From positions 71,238,001 through 71,302,000 of the forward strand of contig NC_042997.1 of the NCBI RefSeq assembly GCF_006345805.1: a stretch of 64,000 nucleotides of DNA. Reading direction: 5' to 3'. Positions 37,397 to 55,594 of the stretch are shown one piece after another; positions within the stretch are counted from its first letter, which is position 1; each line of letters opens with the position of its first letter. A program made the translations under genes and the position numbers. The DNA comes from Octopus sinensis (lineage: Eukaryota). The notes below the pieces were generated by a model. The model did no database searches, had not been told where the DNA came from, and saw only the letters and a program-made list of their open reading frames with translations.

Positions 37397-37964
37397 TCTC
37401 TTACTTAGGAGGATCTTGTGTAAGTAAGATTGAGATAATTTAGCAGAATAGAAGACATATATGAACGAATTTCATAAAATTTGAAGTAGTATTTTAGAGA
37501 AACTAAAAGCAACCAGTAATATACTGAACCAAGTTACATGATTCCATCATTCTCCAAAATTGAGAATACTATTCTTAAAACAGAATGAAAAGAAATAGTG
37601 TCTCCACGGCACAACCTTTTTTCGAAAATCTTCAAGTATATATTTTCTATCAGCTTTGTTTTGTAGTTAGCATGGCAGACAAACTAAGAGTTCTAGTCGA
37701 GCGAAATACTACCCAATCATCTTTTTTCGTCTAGCTCGCCCTCCGAACCACATCACATTACGGCAAAGATTTTGGCCGGAAGCTAGGGAGCTCGAAAGGC
37801 TTTTCATCTTGGTGCGGTAGAGACGATGTCTGGAATGAACTAACTACCACCATATGGATCGTTTCCCAGTTTCTAACCTACAGCGAAATATGACGGGGGA
37901 GACCGATATTCAATGTCGCTTTTACTTTCTACGTAATGATGCACACGTTATGTAGTAGTAGTAG

Positions 37965-38740
<776 letters not shown>

Positions 38741-39137
38741 TAATGTTCTTCTCGTTAGGTTATACATTGAAGTTGCGATTGTTGTTGCTGTTGTTGTTAT
38801 TCTTAACCGCAGGGGAAAATGTCTTTGATATTGCTGCATTTCATCATGTTAATTGACATCTGACGACTGGAAACTTAGATTATTGCGCAAGACTTATAAA
38901 ACACTGCCGTAGACGTTGGGAAACAGGATCGCTAGCTATCTATCTCCATAGATTAGATATACACCTAACTTTGAAAGTTTATGTTGTACTCTCAAAATAT
39001 GTATATCGACACGACAAATATACACATAAAAATATTACCATGCATGCAAGTTGCCCCGTGTGTTTCATATTTCAAAATATCACAAGCCTGAAAGACACGT
39101 GCTCTGTGGGTGTATGCGTGTCTGTGTACAATATACG

Positions 39138-39173
<36 letters not shown>

Positions 39174-39801
39174 TGTATGTATGTATGTATGTATGTATGT
39201 ATGTATGTGTGTGTGTGTGTTTATGTTATAATAAAAACGATTTTTCATTAAACTGATGGATTGTTTAATATTTTTTACTGTATAAATTTATTATTCTTTC
39301 GCAAGATTTTTATTGACGGTGTTTTCGAAGTTTAAATTAGTTAAGCCGTCGATTTAGAGTTGATAAACAGTTATCGATAGAATAAATATCAAACAGAAAT
39401 AAGCCATGAGCTATTTAGGATCGGTAAAAATCTCTCAAAGGCCGTTTCCATCGTGTTACGCCATTAATAACCGAAATTACTCAAAGAATAAATATGTTTG
39501 TATACATAAGTTTTACTGTTAGAAAGGTTTGGCATGTAAATTCGTCTACATACATATATACATACAGACAGACAAAAATCCTATATTAGAGATAGGGGTA
39601 AAAGCATTAGCAATGCATTTTCCTATATGTATATACGTATAAATATATTTCTTTTCTTAAATAAATAGCTCTTCATATTCAAGGCTCTGATGAAGCTATA
39701 ACGTTACTCAAGCACTCAACTATAAGTCCATTGCATCTTATAACAGAAATAGCTCTTAGTTAATGAAGTTCATAAGATAATCGTTTATTCCTTTGCCATC
39801 T

Positions 39802-39862
<61 letters not shown>

Positions 39863-40487
39863 GCACGCACGCACACATTCACACGTACACACACATAGAT
39901 AAGTATGTACATGTGGCATCAGAAGACAGAATCCCTTTGTCACCTACAGTCGCAATGAGGACTGCGTATAAAACTACCCGGAAAGTACAAATGTGATGCC
40001 TTTTTACGCAAAAACAGCCTCGAATTACACATGTGATTAACTTCCTAAGTGTATACATAATCGGGTAACAAAACATGTACTTGATAACATATACCATAAT
40101 ACTTTCATTACTTCCTGGATCTGGAGGGAGGCATACCTGGCCTTTACAGAAACTGTTAGACTGAGCTGATTGTTCTTGACGAAATATTGCAAGTCAGTAC
40201 CAGCGGAAATCTCATGAATAGAGAGAGAATAAGAAGGAAGAAAAGTAAGAAGGCGGGTAGAAAGGAAGGAAGGAAGGAAGGAACTAGTATGTAGTGCCGG
40301 GCCTGAGGCTTGGATGCGACAAGGGTAATGAGAGAAAAGACGAGTGACTTGAGAATATCTGACTGTGTTGCACGAGACCAACAAGCTCCAAGGTGCAAGA
40401 GGCCAATACAGGCCCATTAGAATAGGCAGAAAGAAGACAGAGAGAGAGAGATGGGGAGAGGGAGAAGGAGAGAGAGTGTGTGTGCGT

Positions 40488-40531
<44 letters not shown>

Positions 40532-41153
40532 CTTGCGGTTCAGAGAACGGTGCGGGAAAATGGATTAACCCTTTTCTAGATGCGCTAAGTTTAACATTGA
40601 ACATTAATATTCATGTAACTGCAAATTGTTTTTGGTTGTGACACAAGTGAAGCTGTAGACAAAAAGAGCTTAACTGCAGCAAGTCGTCTGTTGTAGAGCA
40701 TTCTACAGCATAAATCATATTTTAAGGCTGACGGTGTATTAAAACAAAATTCATCTTGCTCTTTCTGTAACTTTCTTTCTCTCTCTTTATACGTACATAA
40801 ATATACACACATATACACTTATAGGCTTACAAATACACATGCATGTATATATTGTGTTTGTGTGCAGGAGTGTCTACGTGTGTATGTTTGCATGTATGTA
40901 TGTACCTATGAATATATGAGTGAAAGGATGGATGACATTTCAAGGGCTTGGATTGCTTTGATCTTACAATAACCCACTTCACCTTTGCAGGATTCTTGAC
41001 ACGGACTAGCGAAACAGAAATTCTTAGCCAAAAGAGAAAGAAAAATATATAGTACATAATTCAAAATTATTACAAGAAAAAAAAAACAATGAATTGTTTT
41101 CCATGCATTTCTTCCAAAACACAGACTCAGACACACAGACACACAGACACACA

Positions 41154-41189
<36 letters not shown>

Positions 41190-41199
41190 ACACACACAC

Positions 41200-42144
41200 A
41201 AGCTCACACAACTTACTAGTTCTTTCCTTCCTTCTTTCCTATAGAATTCCCTCTCTGTTCCATGTACTAGAAATTACAGCTAAATCTCAATCATATCATA
41301 ATATTACCGTTAATTTTTAATAAAAGATATTGAATGAAGCTGTTTGTGAAAATAAGCAATGTCTAATAAGAGAAACTAAGCGCCGGTTAAATGTTTATTG
41401 ATCTATCAAGTCAGACCTGGAGGTTAAGCAATAAATACAGATACACACACATACAGACACACACACATATATATACACGAACATACACAAATACGCACAA
41501 GCGCAACCACACGCTCGACAAAACATTAATACCACATATACCGATGTAAACTGAGCTGGTAAGACATGAAACACAGAGCATCAGAGTGAGATGGGGGAGC
41601 GACTGAGAGAGCTATAGTAATTAAGAGAAGGGAAGACAGGGATGGAAAACAAACTTACAGCGAGAGTAAGATGACTATGAAAAGAAATGAAAATAAGGTA
41701 GTAGTAGTAGTAAGAGGAAAGGACGAGGGAAAAAAGAAAAAAAATTGCACGTGCCAAAGATATAACGTAGGAAGGCTGTAATGCTTCAGGAATTAGGATG
41801 GACGCTTATGTTGGTCAATAGGTCAGTGTGTGCATGTCTAAAGGAGAAGCACACGCCTGCCCAGACACGCACACACACACACACAAGCTCACACAACTTA
41901 CTAGTTCTTTCCTTCCTTCTTTCCTATAGAATTCCCTCTCTGTTCCATGTACTAGAAATTACAGCTAAATCTCAATCATATCATAATATTACCGTTAATT
42001 TTTAATAAAAGATATTGAATGAAGCTGTTTGTGAAAATAAGCAATGTCTAATAAGAGAAACTAAGCGCCGGTTAAATGTTTATTGATCTATCAAGTCAGA
42101 CCTGGAGGTTAAGCAATAAATACAGATACACACACATACAGACA
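41200..42144 (+). repeat. Identical ~260-bp direct repeat (41200-41459 and 41885-42144)
   Basis: I found no mismatches on manual comparison. Both copies are bounded by (CA)n. Confidence 0.95.
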
Positions 42145-42316
42145 AACACACACATTCAAACTCATGCGCGCGCACACGCGAACGCACACGCGCACACACT
42201 CGCACACAGACACACAGACACACAGACACACAGACACACAGACACACACACACACACACACACCACACATACACACACACGCAAATAGGCACATGTACAC
42301 ACACTAATGTATATAT

Positions 42317-42363
<47 letters not shown>

Positions 42364-42525
42364 TCGCTTCTAAATTTCTGGCAAAGCGAATTTCGTCATG
42401 GTGCAGTTTTTCTCACAGAAGGTGCCCAACTGACCCTACTATATATACAATGTAGTCGAATTAAAAGCAAACTATGTACATGCACGAAGTTAAAGATATA
42501 AATGGCGGTAATTTGCCCTTCGTAC

Positions 42526-42582
<57 letters not shown>

Positions 42583-42740
42583 TCGCTTCTAAATTTCTGG
42601 CAAAGCGAATTTCGTCATGGTGCAGTTTTTCTCACAGAAGGTGCCCAACTGACCCTACTATATATACAATGTAGTCGAATTAAAAGCAAACTATGTACAT
42701 GCACGAAGTTAAAGATATAAATGGCGGTAATTTGCCCTTC

Positions 42741-45344
<2,604 letters not shown>

Positions 45345-45444
45345 GTATATATATATATTTATATAATAAATGAATAAATAAATAAAACATGTGCATATAT
45401 ACATATATATATGTACGTACCTACCTCTACATGTATATATACAT

Positions 45445-46010
45445 GCATATATGGGTACAGGACACCAAAAAAACGTCGAACACAATGAGAAACGAAAACA
45501 TAATCACAAAACCAAGGAAATGGACATTTTTCTTAAACAACGAAAAAATAGAGTACAGGACATACAAAACAAGGAAAATTCCCCTTCTTCAGTCGCCTTT
45601 GTTTCATCTACTCCACGTTTCGAAGGTCAAGGCGATACATGACTTTAATTAAACTTTCTTTCCCGCGAAAATCAAATTAAATAACATTTGAGATTTTTTG
45701 CGGAGGGGTAAAAATGGTAACAAAAACAGGACAGTAACGACAGTACAAAATATAAACAGTAAAAGACAGGACACGGAGAATAACAGTAACACAAACAAGA
45801 AGGGCTGTTAAGCCGAACGAGATAAATTTTTTTACGAAAGCTATTTTTTGAGAACGGCGAGGGAGCAACAGATTTGCTGTCTCTACGTAAAGGTAGCCAG
45901 GAGAAGATAGACAGTAGTAAGCTTCTCATCACGTGTCCGCGATGGGAGGGAGGAGGAGGAGTAAGAGAAAGGGAGAGAAAAAGGGAATGGTTGTAGAGAA
46001 AAGAATGAAG
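45445..46010 (-). mobile_element. Unclassified repeat (probable pLTR), homologous to 23795-24310
   Basis: Shared blocks as listed for 23795-24310. The 3' end on the minus strand (gtcctgtaccc) runs into TA-rich repeats. Confidence 0.6.
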
Positions 46011-46517
46011 AATGAGAGACAGTAAGGTAGAAGAAAAGGAAAGTCAAAAGAATGAAGGCTGAGAATGGTCGTTCGCACAGATGTTATGACTTATATTGTT
46101 ATCTCTGGCCATTGTGGACTCAACCATGTAGCTATTGGACGTTTGTAGTAGAAGTGACTAATTTAATCTTAAAGATTATCGTCTTGGTATATTTGCGTTG
46201 AAATATTTATAATATCAGAAACGACAAAAATTTCTCAGATGTAAGCGTGAGAATTTTGACACAGGTCTTTATGAGCTTCTCAGTCATAGCAATTAAGTTA
46301 ACAGGTACTTATTGCCATGTATAGAGACTTCAGTAGCCGCGTGTGGGGAATACAGTTGAATGCTATCATAACACAAGGTTTCTCCGATGCCATCTTCCTT
46401 CGGAAAGGATAGCTTTGTTCATCAAAATTATTTGACACACCCTAACACCTACACCTAAGACTTTAGGTGCATTTTGACATTGTCAAGGAGTGTTACTTAT
46501 ACATTTTCATAGTAACG

Positions 46518-46684
46518 GAATTTCGTCCGTCTTTACGTTTTGAGTTCAAATTCCACCGAGGTTGACTTTGACTTTCATTTTTTCGGGTTCGATGAAATAG
46601 GTACCAGTTGAGCACTGGGTTGATGTAATCGACTTAACTCACACTGAAATTACTGGCCTTCTGCCAAAATTTGAAACCAGTATT
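46518..46684 (+). mobile_element. SINE family A, 5'-truncated monomer
   Basis: ttgagttcaaattccaccgaggttgactttg..aggtaccagttgagcactgggttgatgtaatcgactt. Confidence 0.85.
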
Positions 46685-46699
46685 AGAGATATGTATCAA

Positions 46700-48150
46700 A
46701 AACATTTTGAAAATTTTATGCTTTAGCAAGATGGACAACGCTACTTTAAAAATGGAAGATTCAACATTATCTTCCGCATATTAAAAGTTGAATGATTTCA
46801 CTGCTTCTTTTATTCAACATAACTGCTAACATTTGACTTGATTGAAAGCTGACGATTACAAGAGAGACTAGACTCCCTGTTCTCTCATGATCCTATATCG
46901 AAAAATATAACTCTACAAAGCTTTTTGATAAGTTTTAGATTTTCCCGTCTCTGGATTATTGTTGAGGTAGGTACGACAGCAGTTATTGAGTTGCATATTA
47001 CATTTTCATGAAGTGAGAATTCTTCATACGTTTGAATAGTTGTTTAATTGTGGTTGTTATTTTTCTGATATTGTTTATCAAGTTCTGTCTCAATAAGACG
47101 ATACGACACGATTATTGAGTGATTTTTAAGCCTCTAACTCTGTTGTTTCTTCTGAGTTAAAGGCTGTCAATATCTCTATGTCTAGATGCTTCATGTTGTT
47201 GCAAGGATCTTGTGTGTTTCTACTCTAAACAGGAAGATCTTTTTATTCCTATCAAATACTTGAAATATTCGTACTAGTAGAATCAGAAAATTGTGGAGAG
47301 CACTACTTGCCATATTTCTTTAAGTCTTTAAGATTAAACACGCTATCGTTGTTTCTTGTGTTGAACTAGAGACAGAAAAACCACTGATGTGATTTTTTTC
47401 TTGAAAGCAGTTTTCTCACGTTAAATTAACAAATATGAACATTTTCTTTTTCTTTTTTACCAACCTAGTATCAGCTGAAAATCGTTTTATTAAATCTAGA
47501 AGTTTCTCTGCATTGTACTAAACTCAGTGTAGATATTTCTAGAGTAAATATTTTCAGTTCAGACCTTCAATAAAATATTATGGGTTACATTTATATTTTT
47601 TATAAGATAGAGCCACTGGATTTTTGCAACAGAAATCGTAGTAAAATCCAATGCCAAAATTAATCGAAGTATAGGTTTGCCGTGTCCATTGAACATTCCT
47701 CTAGAAATATTTATAGCATTAGAAGCAATAAGTATACTTTCAGTAAAAATGGAGATGGTCGAAAGTGTACTTTTAGCAAATGTATAGATCCCGGTAAATA
47801 TTAGTAAGGAATGATGAAACACCTTCCTATGTACAGCAATACTGTGATAAGTTTTCTGACGTCTATTACTTTTACTTCAGATTAAAAGTCGTTTCACCTA
47901 TTCTGAACTTCCTCCTATCTTGTCTGTTTCTTGAGTCATTACCTTGAATCACATTTGTTATTGGAAAAAATTAATTAGACAGCTTTGCATATGACGCTTG
48001 AACGAGCAAAAGCAAAAACAAAAACCGTTGTTTCTCTGCCAATAGCGCTTTTAAAATTTTTTTCAGTAATATTTACTTGTGCTAGATAAAACTCTCATTC
48101 CGCTTATATTGCTGCTTTTTTTTTACTCTGGATAGTTCGAAGTGGCTACT
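46700..48150 (-). mobile_element. Degenerate hAT (Charlie/SPIN/GTF2IRD2-like) transposase remnant (tentative)
   Basis: RLILALDFTTISVAKIQWLYLIKNI resembles the SLALDESTDxxDxAQL motif. AT-rich with many stops. Confidence 0.4.
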
Positions 48151-50116
48151 TTCCTTATATACCAACACCCTAGTTATTGGTTATATACCAACAGTTATAT
48201 ACCAACACCCTAGTTATTGGTTATTGTTTCAGAGTTATACCAACTGCATATAGTTAGACAATCATTATTCAATATATTCTCATATTATATCCATGCGTGT
48301 ATATTTGTGCGCCTGTCTTTTGAACTTTTTTAAATTCTTTCTACAAAGAACCGGTTGGTCTTTAGCAAAGAAACAAAGCCCCATTTTTGGAATTTACAGA
48401 ACATCAATGAAAGCAGCTGGTCGATTTCCTTATCTGAAACACCCATTTAAAAAAATTATTTTTCAGATTTCAACTGAAACATTTAGTAATACAACCAGCT
48501 GTACCAATGATTATGAGTAAAAGTGTAAATTTATAAATCTGGGTGTGGAATGTACAGGTCTGCAAACAGTTGACTATATTTTTTTCCGTTGATTTTCAAA
48601 GAATATTCACACCCGCTGTGCATCTGACCACTATAATAGCACAAAATAAACCAGTTCAAACAAGATTAATACTAGTATAGATGTTCCTTTGTAATTTGAT
48701 CATCTATTAACTAAAAAAACAATATGGGATCTATCAGAATTAGAACCTTGCAGGAACAACCTACAGAGAGGAGAATATACAGCATGTGATGACATCCACC
48801 CTTCCGCACCTAATCATTCGGTTGAACCCTTTCTTGCTGTAGATCCGCTTAGAGGTTACGGAAATTACACTAAATGATTCAAACAATATAGTCATCATTA
48901 TATATCTGATGTAACCTAATCAATTCTGATTGGCGTAATCCATTAATCTTCAGATAACTGATTACTAACATAAACTGCAGGTACCAGGCATCGAACCAGT
49001 ATAGCCCAATTTGCAAGCAAAGAGCTTAACGATGCAAACGCAAGCACTATTCTTTTCTCTGATTCTTTTATTTGTTGTTTGTTTGCTTCCCCTACATATG
49101 TATGTGCGTGTATGTATTCATATATATATGTATATATATATATATGTATGTATATATACAGATGTATGTATACTTGCATGTATGTGTGTGTCAACGTATA
49201 GACAAAACAGTACTGGTGATAGACAGAGAGAGGAATGGGTACGGAAGAAGACGTTAGAAGTAAGTTTAGCAGTCTGAAGAAAGATATCTGGCACTTCCAT
49301 ATTGCAGCCTACCCATATATTGTCAAGTAATAGAAGCAGATAATAAAAAAACAACAGCAACAGGAAGAGTAAAAACAACAATAAGAGCAGTATAATGCAT
49401 TACTCGGGATTTAAGTGCAACAAAAGACACCAGTGTTAGCAACAGCTTATCTGACAATGACGTTAAAAATCAAGTCAAAACAAGAACATACACACAGGGT
49501 GTCACACACACCGTAAATGATCCGATAAACTAAATTCCTTAAGAGTTATGCGGCTGTACAATATAAAATATCTCTTTGTTTATGAATCTGCTCTTATTTT
49601 ATTACTTCGTTTGTATCACGGAAATATTTCAATACATAAGTGCCAATGTGTGATAAATTTTACTCTATTATTGAAATGACATTACTTCATGTATGTTTGA
49701 GTATGACTATGGGTATGCATATATAAGAGTGTTTGTTTGCATGAATCTGTGTGTGCGTATGTGGAGGTGGAGGTGGGGAATGTAATTGGTGTTCGTACTC
49801 GACGAACCTGCAATGTTTCCCAGGTGTGGTTATTGCATTCACATTTCTTTCCTAGAAAAAGGTCTGGACATTGCAATTCCCATTTCGCTATTTTGAAATC
49901 AAAACATCGATAATACATATGTTGGCATTTATTAACTTTTGTATCTCAGAATGCTCGGTTTTGCATCCCACATCATTAATAATTTGCTTGCCGTCAACTC
50001 GAATAATGTCCACATCAAAGCACAAAACACTCCTCATACCTTCTTAACCTTCTGCACCCAAGTGTTACCTCCATACAGTCTAGACACTTCTTACTAAATT
50101 TTGTCAGACAAGCTAG

Positions 50117-50291
50117 TAATTTCGGGCGAGGGGCTAGTCTATTACATCGACTAGTACTTATTTCATCAACCCCGAAAGGATGAAAGGTAAAGTTGACCTT
50201 GGCCGAATTTGAACACAGAACGTAAAGATGGATGATATGCCGCTAAACATATTGCCCGGCGTTCTAACGATTCTACCTGTTCGCCGCCCTA
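50117..50291 (-). mobile_element. SINE family A monomer
   Basis: Reverse complement of the head (gggcggcgaacaggtagaatcgttag) and the core. Confidence 0.85.
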
Positions 50292-50374
50292 CATATCACT
50301 ACATGTATCAAGAAAACATCGTGTTGCTCCACGAATATGAACAACTGGTAAGTAGAAGACTCTATATTGTATCA

Positions 50375-50870
50375 ACTGCTTGGTCTCTACATCACTGAAG
50401 GTCTCTCTCTTTGTGAAGCATATCTTCAGTATAGCGAAGGCTGCATCAGGAAGAATGGGTTTCCTCTTCTGTATCAGAAAATACTTCGTCTCCTAAGAGC
50501 TGCTAACCTTCTAAAGATCACAAGCAAAACACACAATGGAATAATACTTCGGTGACTGGGGTGGTGATGCTGCAACACATACTCACAGAGATACCTCTGA
50601 CCCAAACAAAAGATAGATAACCAGACTGATTAACACGATTCATTCCCCCACACACTACAGTAGCTGCCCTATAGGTTTTCAGTTATCCCTCCCTGTCATT
50701 TTTTCTATTTGTGATATTAAATTCTCTGAGTTGGTTAGTTCCGTGCTACTTCCACACAGATCGCGTAGCACACTCGTCTCTCTCTTTCTTGTCAACCTTA
50801 TGTCCCATGCAAAGAAGCACACTGTGGAACCCGCTCCAATAAAACCCACGACGACAAGAATAACCACAAG
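50375..50870 (+). mobile_element. CR1/Jockey-group (Daphne/Crack-like) LINE RT 3' remnant
   Basis: Broken frames give HIFSIAKAASGRMGFLFCIRKYF, ITRLIN and RSTLWNPL, typical of the C-terminus of this RT group. Confidence 0.65.
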
Positions 50871-51114
50871 AGTGAGGGTGTACGGGAAATACCAACGCAT
50901 TGAATGGAACTGGACCTTAGTTGTACTAACCAAGCGGCTCCCCAATCAACTTTACTTAGAGCGGGACAATGAGCGGACTCTTAGATCAGGTCGCCTCCAG
51001 AGTGTAACTTCAAAATGCCAACGAAATCCCTCTTGAAAGGACACTACGTTCAACCAGAGGTAATGTATAATTATGCAATGGAAATCCATAGTAATAGTAA
51101 GTTTTGAAATATAT

Positions 51115-51188
<74 letters not shown>

Positions 51189-51490
51189 CCTATATGTACA
51201 TATATGTAAATGGATGCGTGTGTGTGGGTGATGTAATTTGTCAGTCTTTATGTTGATACCTCTTAAAAACAGAGCTGATTGTAACCTAATATGTAAAATA
51301 ATCGCAGCAGCAGCAACAACAGCGACGACGATAACAACAATAAATAACTCCAACGTCAACAACAATTACAACTGCATACATAATTGCATGTATAAGTTGA
51401 GTTGACAACTATAGGCAAAATCCCTGGATTTACTTTTGAATCTCTTTACTTTTATGTGTCGTTTCGCAATCCATACCATACTAGCACAGG

Positions 51491-51521
<31 letters not shown>

Positions 51522-52189
51522 GCGCGCGCGCACACATACATTTGTATTCACCCAAGTATATTCATATTAACACTGATGCTTACAGAATCTCTATTCTTAT
51601 TTGAATAAGAGCATTTATAAGAAATTGTAATCAAATTTCTTTGTATAAATTCATAGATGCAGACACACATATACTTTTTTTATTTCTCTCTTTTTATATA
51701 TTATTCTCTCTATATCCTGAGGTGTCGGCAAGAAGCAACAAATCTAAGCTATTGTGTTTCCATTCTCTTTCAGATTGCTCAATGTAATATATTGTGTTTC
51801 CACTGTTTTTCAGTTTACGTATATACTCTCAAAAATATTTTACAGAAGTTGAAATGTTTTCAATTTACTCTTATAAACTGCTTGAAACTTTATCTAATTC
51901 CGTTTAGTAATAATCGTGGGAAAAGCTGGATGGAACACACAATGATCCCAAATATGGAATGTAATGCCACTAGCAACTAGAAAATAACAGATCACTTGGA
52001 ATTCAAATGAAGCTAAAGGATTTTCTTATCATCAACTCTGAATATTATTTTGTAAACTTGAAATAATATATGATTAACATCTTGTGCAACTGCAATGGAC
52101 TATGAATTAGTAATTTTAGATCGGTAAACACATCAATGACTGAGCAGCACATATAAATGTACTGGTAAATGGCATTCTCATATTCAATA

Positions 52190-53000
52190 AAGTTATCCGA
52201 ATGGATTTCGTGATCAAGAAGCATGTTGTACTGATTTTAAAGAGAGGAAAATTTGTGTCATCTCATGTGCTAATATGTTGGGAAATTATAGAAGAGACAG
52301 AAAAATGGAGGAAAGATTGATGCATGGAAAGTAGAGTAGACAGGGAAACATTATTGTAATGGATATGAAGATAAGTCCTTAAGGTTTAGACCGAAATTTT
52401 GATATGTGCAGCACAAGAACAATCTCTCAGAATTAATTATATGAGTTATAATTTCGTCAAGATTATAGTCTCCATTAAGTAATCTCTGTGGAATGAAAGG
52501 AATAATAGTCTGCCATATTGTACATGAGCATAATAGAACACAAAAAGAGACATGGTTACATTGTCAGGAAGTTATGTGAGAAACAGAAAGTTATGTGAGA
52601 ATACAGAACAAGAAACTGGTGAAACTCACTGTAGAGTCAGATGAAGTGAAACTACTGTGGGGTTTCAACACATCCAATGTGGTCACAGGATACATAAACC
52701 AAGAAATGATGTTTTTATGGTTGAAAAGGAGAAAACATTTTTGTGATAGTCGATGAAGCATCACCAGAGGATTGCAAAAAGAAATATCTGAAACAGAAAA
52801 GGAAATGTTTGAGGGACAGGAAAACTAGGAGAGAAGAATTTACAAAATATGAAAATGGTGAAGTCATAGCAGTAGTAGTAGGTGCCTTGACTGTAACAAC
52901 CAAAGCTGAAGCATGGATTGCGAAATTTTTCAGAAGTTTGTATTCTGACAGCTTATATTCTGGGAAAGGCTGTTGAAATACAAAGGAGAAGGAAAGTTAA
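52190..53000 (+). mobile_element. Old degenerate R4/Dong LINE fragment
   Basis: IRMDFVIKK..LKRGK, VKLLWGF, HKPRNDVFMVEKEK and EVIAVVVGAL motifs, with a short AAT-rich tail near 53050. Confidence 0.65.
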
Positions 53001-54162
53001 TCGCTCTCTGAACATAGAATATTAATATAAATTCGACCTCCTGAAAGAGTGATAATAATATTAATAATCTCTAACATCAGCACAAAACCAAAGATTTAAT
53101 GGGTGTGCGTACGTCTGGATGATGAAATCAATCCCAGTACTTGACTAGTACTTTATTTTATTGACCGCAGAAGAATGAAAGGCAAAGGTGAAAATAGTGG
53201 TATTTGTACTTAGATTGAAAAGAGCCGTAACTAAGTATCACAATGTAGTTTGTACGATGCACTCTTCTGTCACAGCATCAATAAAAAGAATAACAAGAGA
53301 GTACATAGCCGTTTCTTTCTACCAAAATTTACTCTGGGACATTCAGTGAAAAAGTTATGGCTTTCACGTTTTATGAGATTCCTCTCAAATGGCTTCCTTT
53401 TATGCGTTGACTTCTGGGAGGGGTTATATTACCACTCCCGGATCACTAAGTGCTACGTTGAGATTGAAATGTTGAAATCTCTTAGATCTTTGAATGAATA
53501 TTATTTAGCTATTTTATTTATTACAATTATTATGTTATTCCTGTATACATATTTCTTTGCATCATTCTCAACTTCCATGCAATGTTATAATGATTGAGGT
53601 GGAGAGATACAGAGGAAGAGATAGAGATAGAGAAAGAAGGGGAGGAACAGAGAGAGGAAGAGGAATAAATAGAAAGTGACAAAATGAGATAAAATAAGAA
53701 AATGATTGATTGAGACCAAAATAGTGTGGGACTTTAAATTAAGGACAGATATGGACTCAGTTGTTTTAATCAAATGTGGTAATAACATGTATGATTATTT
53801 ATACATGTACCGCGGTAAGTTCGATTTTTGGACAAATTTTTTTTCAACCTTTTCTTCCTACAATTTAATCAGTAGTCACCGGCAGAAAAATTGCTGTCTC
53901 TGTCTGTGTCTATGTAAGTGAAAATAGTTTGAACTCTATAACTGAGGTGTTGAGACTCTAATATATTGGCATAATTTGCCTTTATATAATTTATCAAGGG
54001 TAAAACTCAGTTTAGTACATAAGCAAAAATAAACTAAAATGAAACTCTTGAAAGAGTCATAGATCATAGATGATTTGATTATCATTGATGAAAATTGAAC
54101 TTTTGTTCATGTTTTTTGTATCAATATTTTAGCTGATATACATACACACACACGCACATACA

Positions 54163-54251
<89 letters not shown>

Positions 54252-54384
54252 CAGTTACGATATTGACATAAAAATATGAAAAAGTTAAATTTCATCAATG
54301 AGAAAGGCCATCAAACATATATATACACGGCTAACTAGACCACAGAAAGATTTCCCTCTTTATCTACAGGCGCATGCTTAGAAC

Positions 54385-54900
54385 AGGCCTGTACACTCGG
54401 ACCATTATTACCACTTCATCCACCTTTCAATAAATTTACTGGAAGGCAGCTCCTCTCTCCACCCTCATTTTCCTTTTCAACGTAACTTCAGAGTTGATGA
54501 GAGCTTACCAAGAGATGATGTTTGTCTTCAGCCCTTTCAAGCTGGTACATCACACAACTTTAATAATTAATGCCACCAGACAGATGAAGACTATCTCTCT
54601 TCCTAGCCAACGGAAGTTGATGGGAGGATTTTCGCAATGAACTCATCTGATCGACGGGTCCGTCCCACACACAGCTGTAGGCATTCCACAAAGCTCAAGA
54701 AGTCGGGTACTGTATGAATGAGTGTAAAACTGCTTCATTGTTTTCCGCACATAAGGATGTTCGGCTGACGGCACCTCCATACATGAAGAGTTTATTACGA
54801 CCCCGTAATATCTCATCCCACCTCTCGGTAGCAATGTCGCGCTAGAGATTTCTGGAAATTATCCACAAGCCCCGGCCTGAAAGATCAGCCTAGCCTGATG
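54385..54900 (-). mobile_element. L1/Tx1 ORF2 3' remnant
   Basis: FRPGLVDNFQKSLARHCYR, FICLVALIIKVV, ALINSEVTLKRKMRVER. Confidence 0.7.
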
Positions 54901-55594
54901 ATTCTCATCGACACCTAGTGTCTCCTTGAAAGCATCATCATTCGTGCCAGCTATTAACCCTGAAGAATGCTAAAGTGGAACTTTCATCGACCATACTGTG
55001 CGACTGGTATTTAATTAATTAAATATTAGATATTTAAGCAGCCAAGTCCTTTATTGTTTTTATTCTGATTCAATAAATCATGAGTGGAACAATGAATGTA
55101 GAAATACGTAAATAATAATGATAACTAAGAAAAAAAATCTATATTTTAAACGCCTTTTTATTTTATTTTAAATCTCACCTACCGAAGAGAATAAATTAGA
55201 CCTTTATAATGTTCTCTTTATAGAAATCTGGGTCCTTTTGTCAGAAACAATTGTCTGGGAATAGAAAATAAAAGGATAATCCATTATAACATCCAGTCTG
55301 CTTCATTTATTATTCATTTCCTTTATTTGATGAAATTTATTGAACTTTGTTTCATAAATTAAGTCTTATATTAATTATTTTTTACATACTTTCATAGCTA
55401 TACAATTTAAAAGTTCATAAATAACGTGAGAAAAGAACATTAGAAATGTATAGAAAAAATTCCTATTAAAGTACGAAGATTAATTCATCCGGATAAATAT
55501 TATATATATATAAAATAATATATATATAATATATATAAAATAATATATATATAATATATATATAAAATAATATATATATAATATATATATATAA

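Noticed and set aside
38868-38895. CTGACGA-CTG-GAAAC motif
   Set aside because: No workable stem II, stem III or stem I.
45345-45485. N-terminal 47 codons of the 501-aa ORF
   Set aside because: Read-through of (TA)n and an adjacent repeat; Penelope homology starts near 45344.
50679-50945. Transmembrane-like ORF (YTLTLVVILVVVGFIG)
   Set aside because: It overlaps the antisense strand of a CR1-group LINE remnant.
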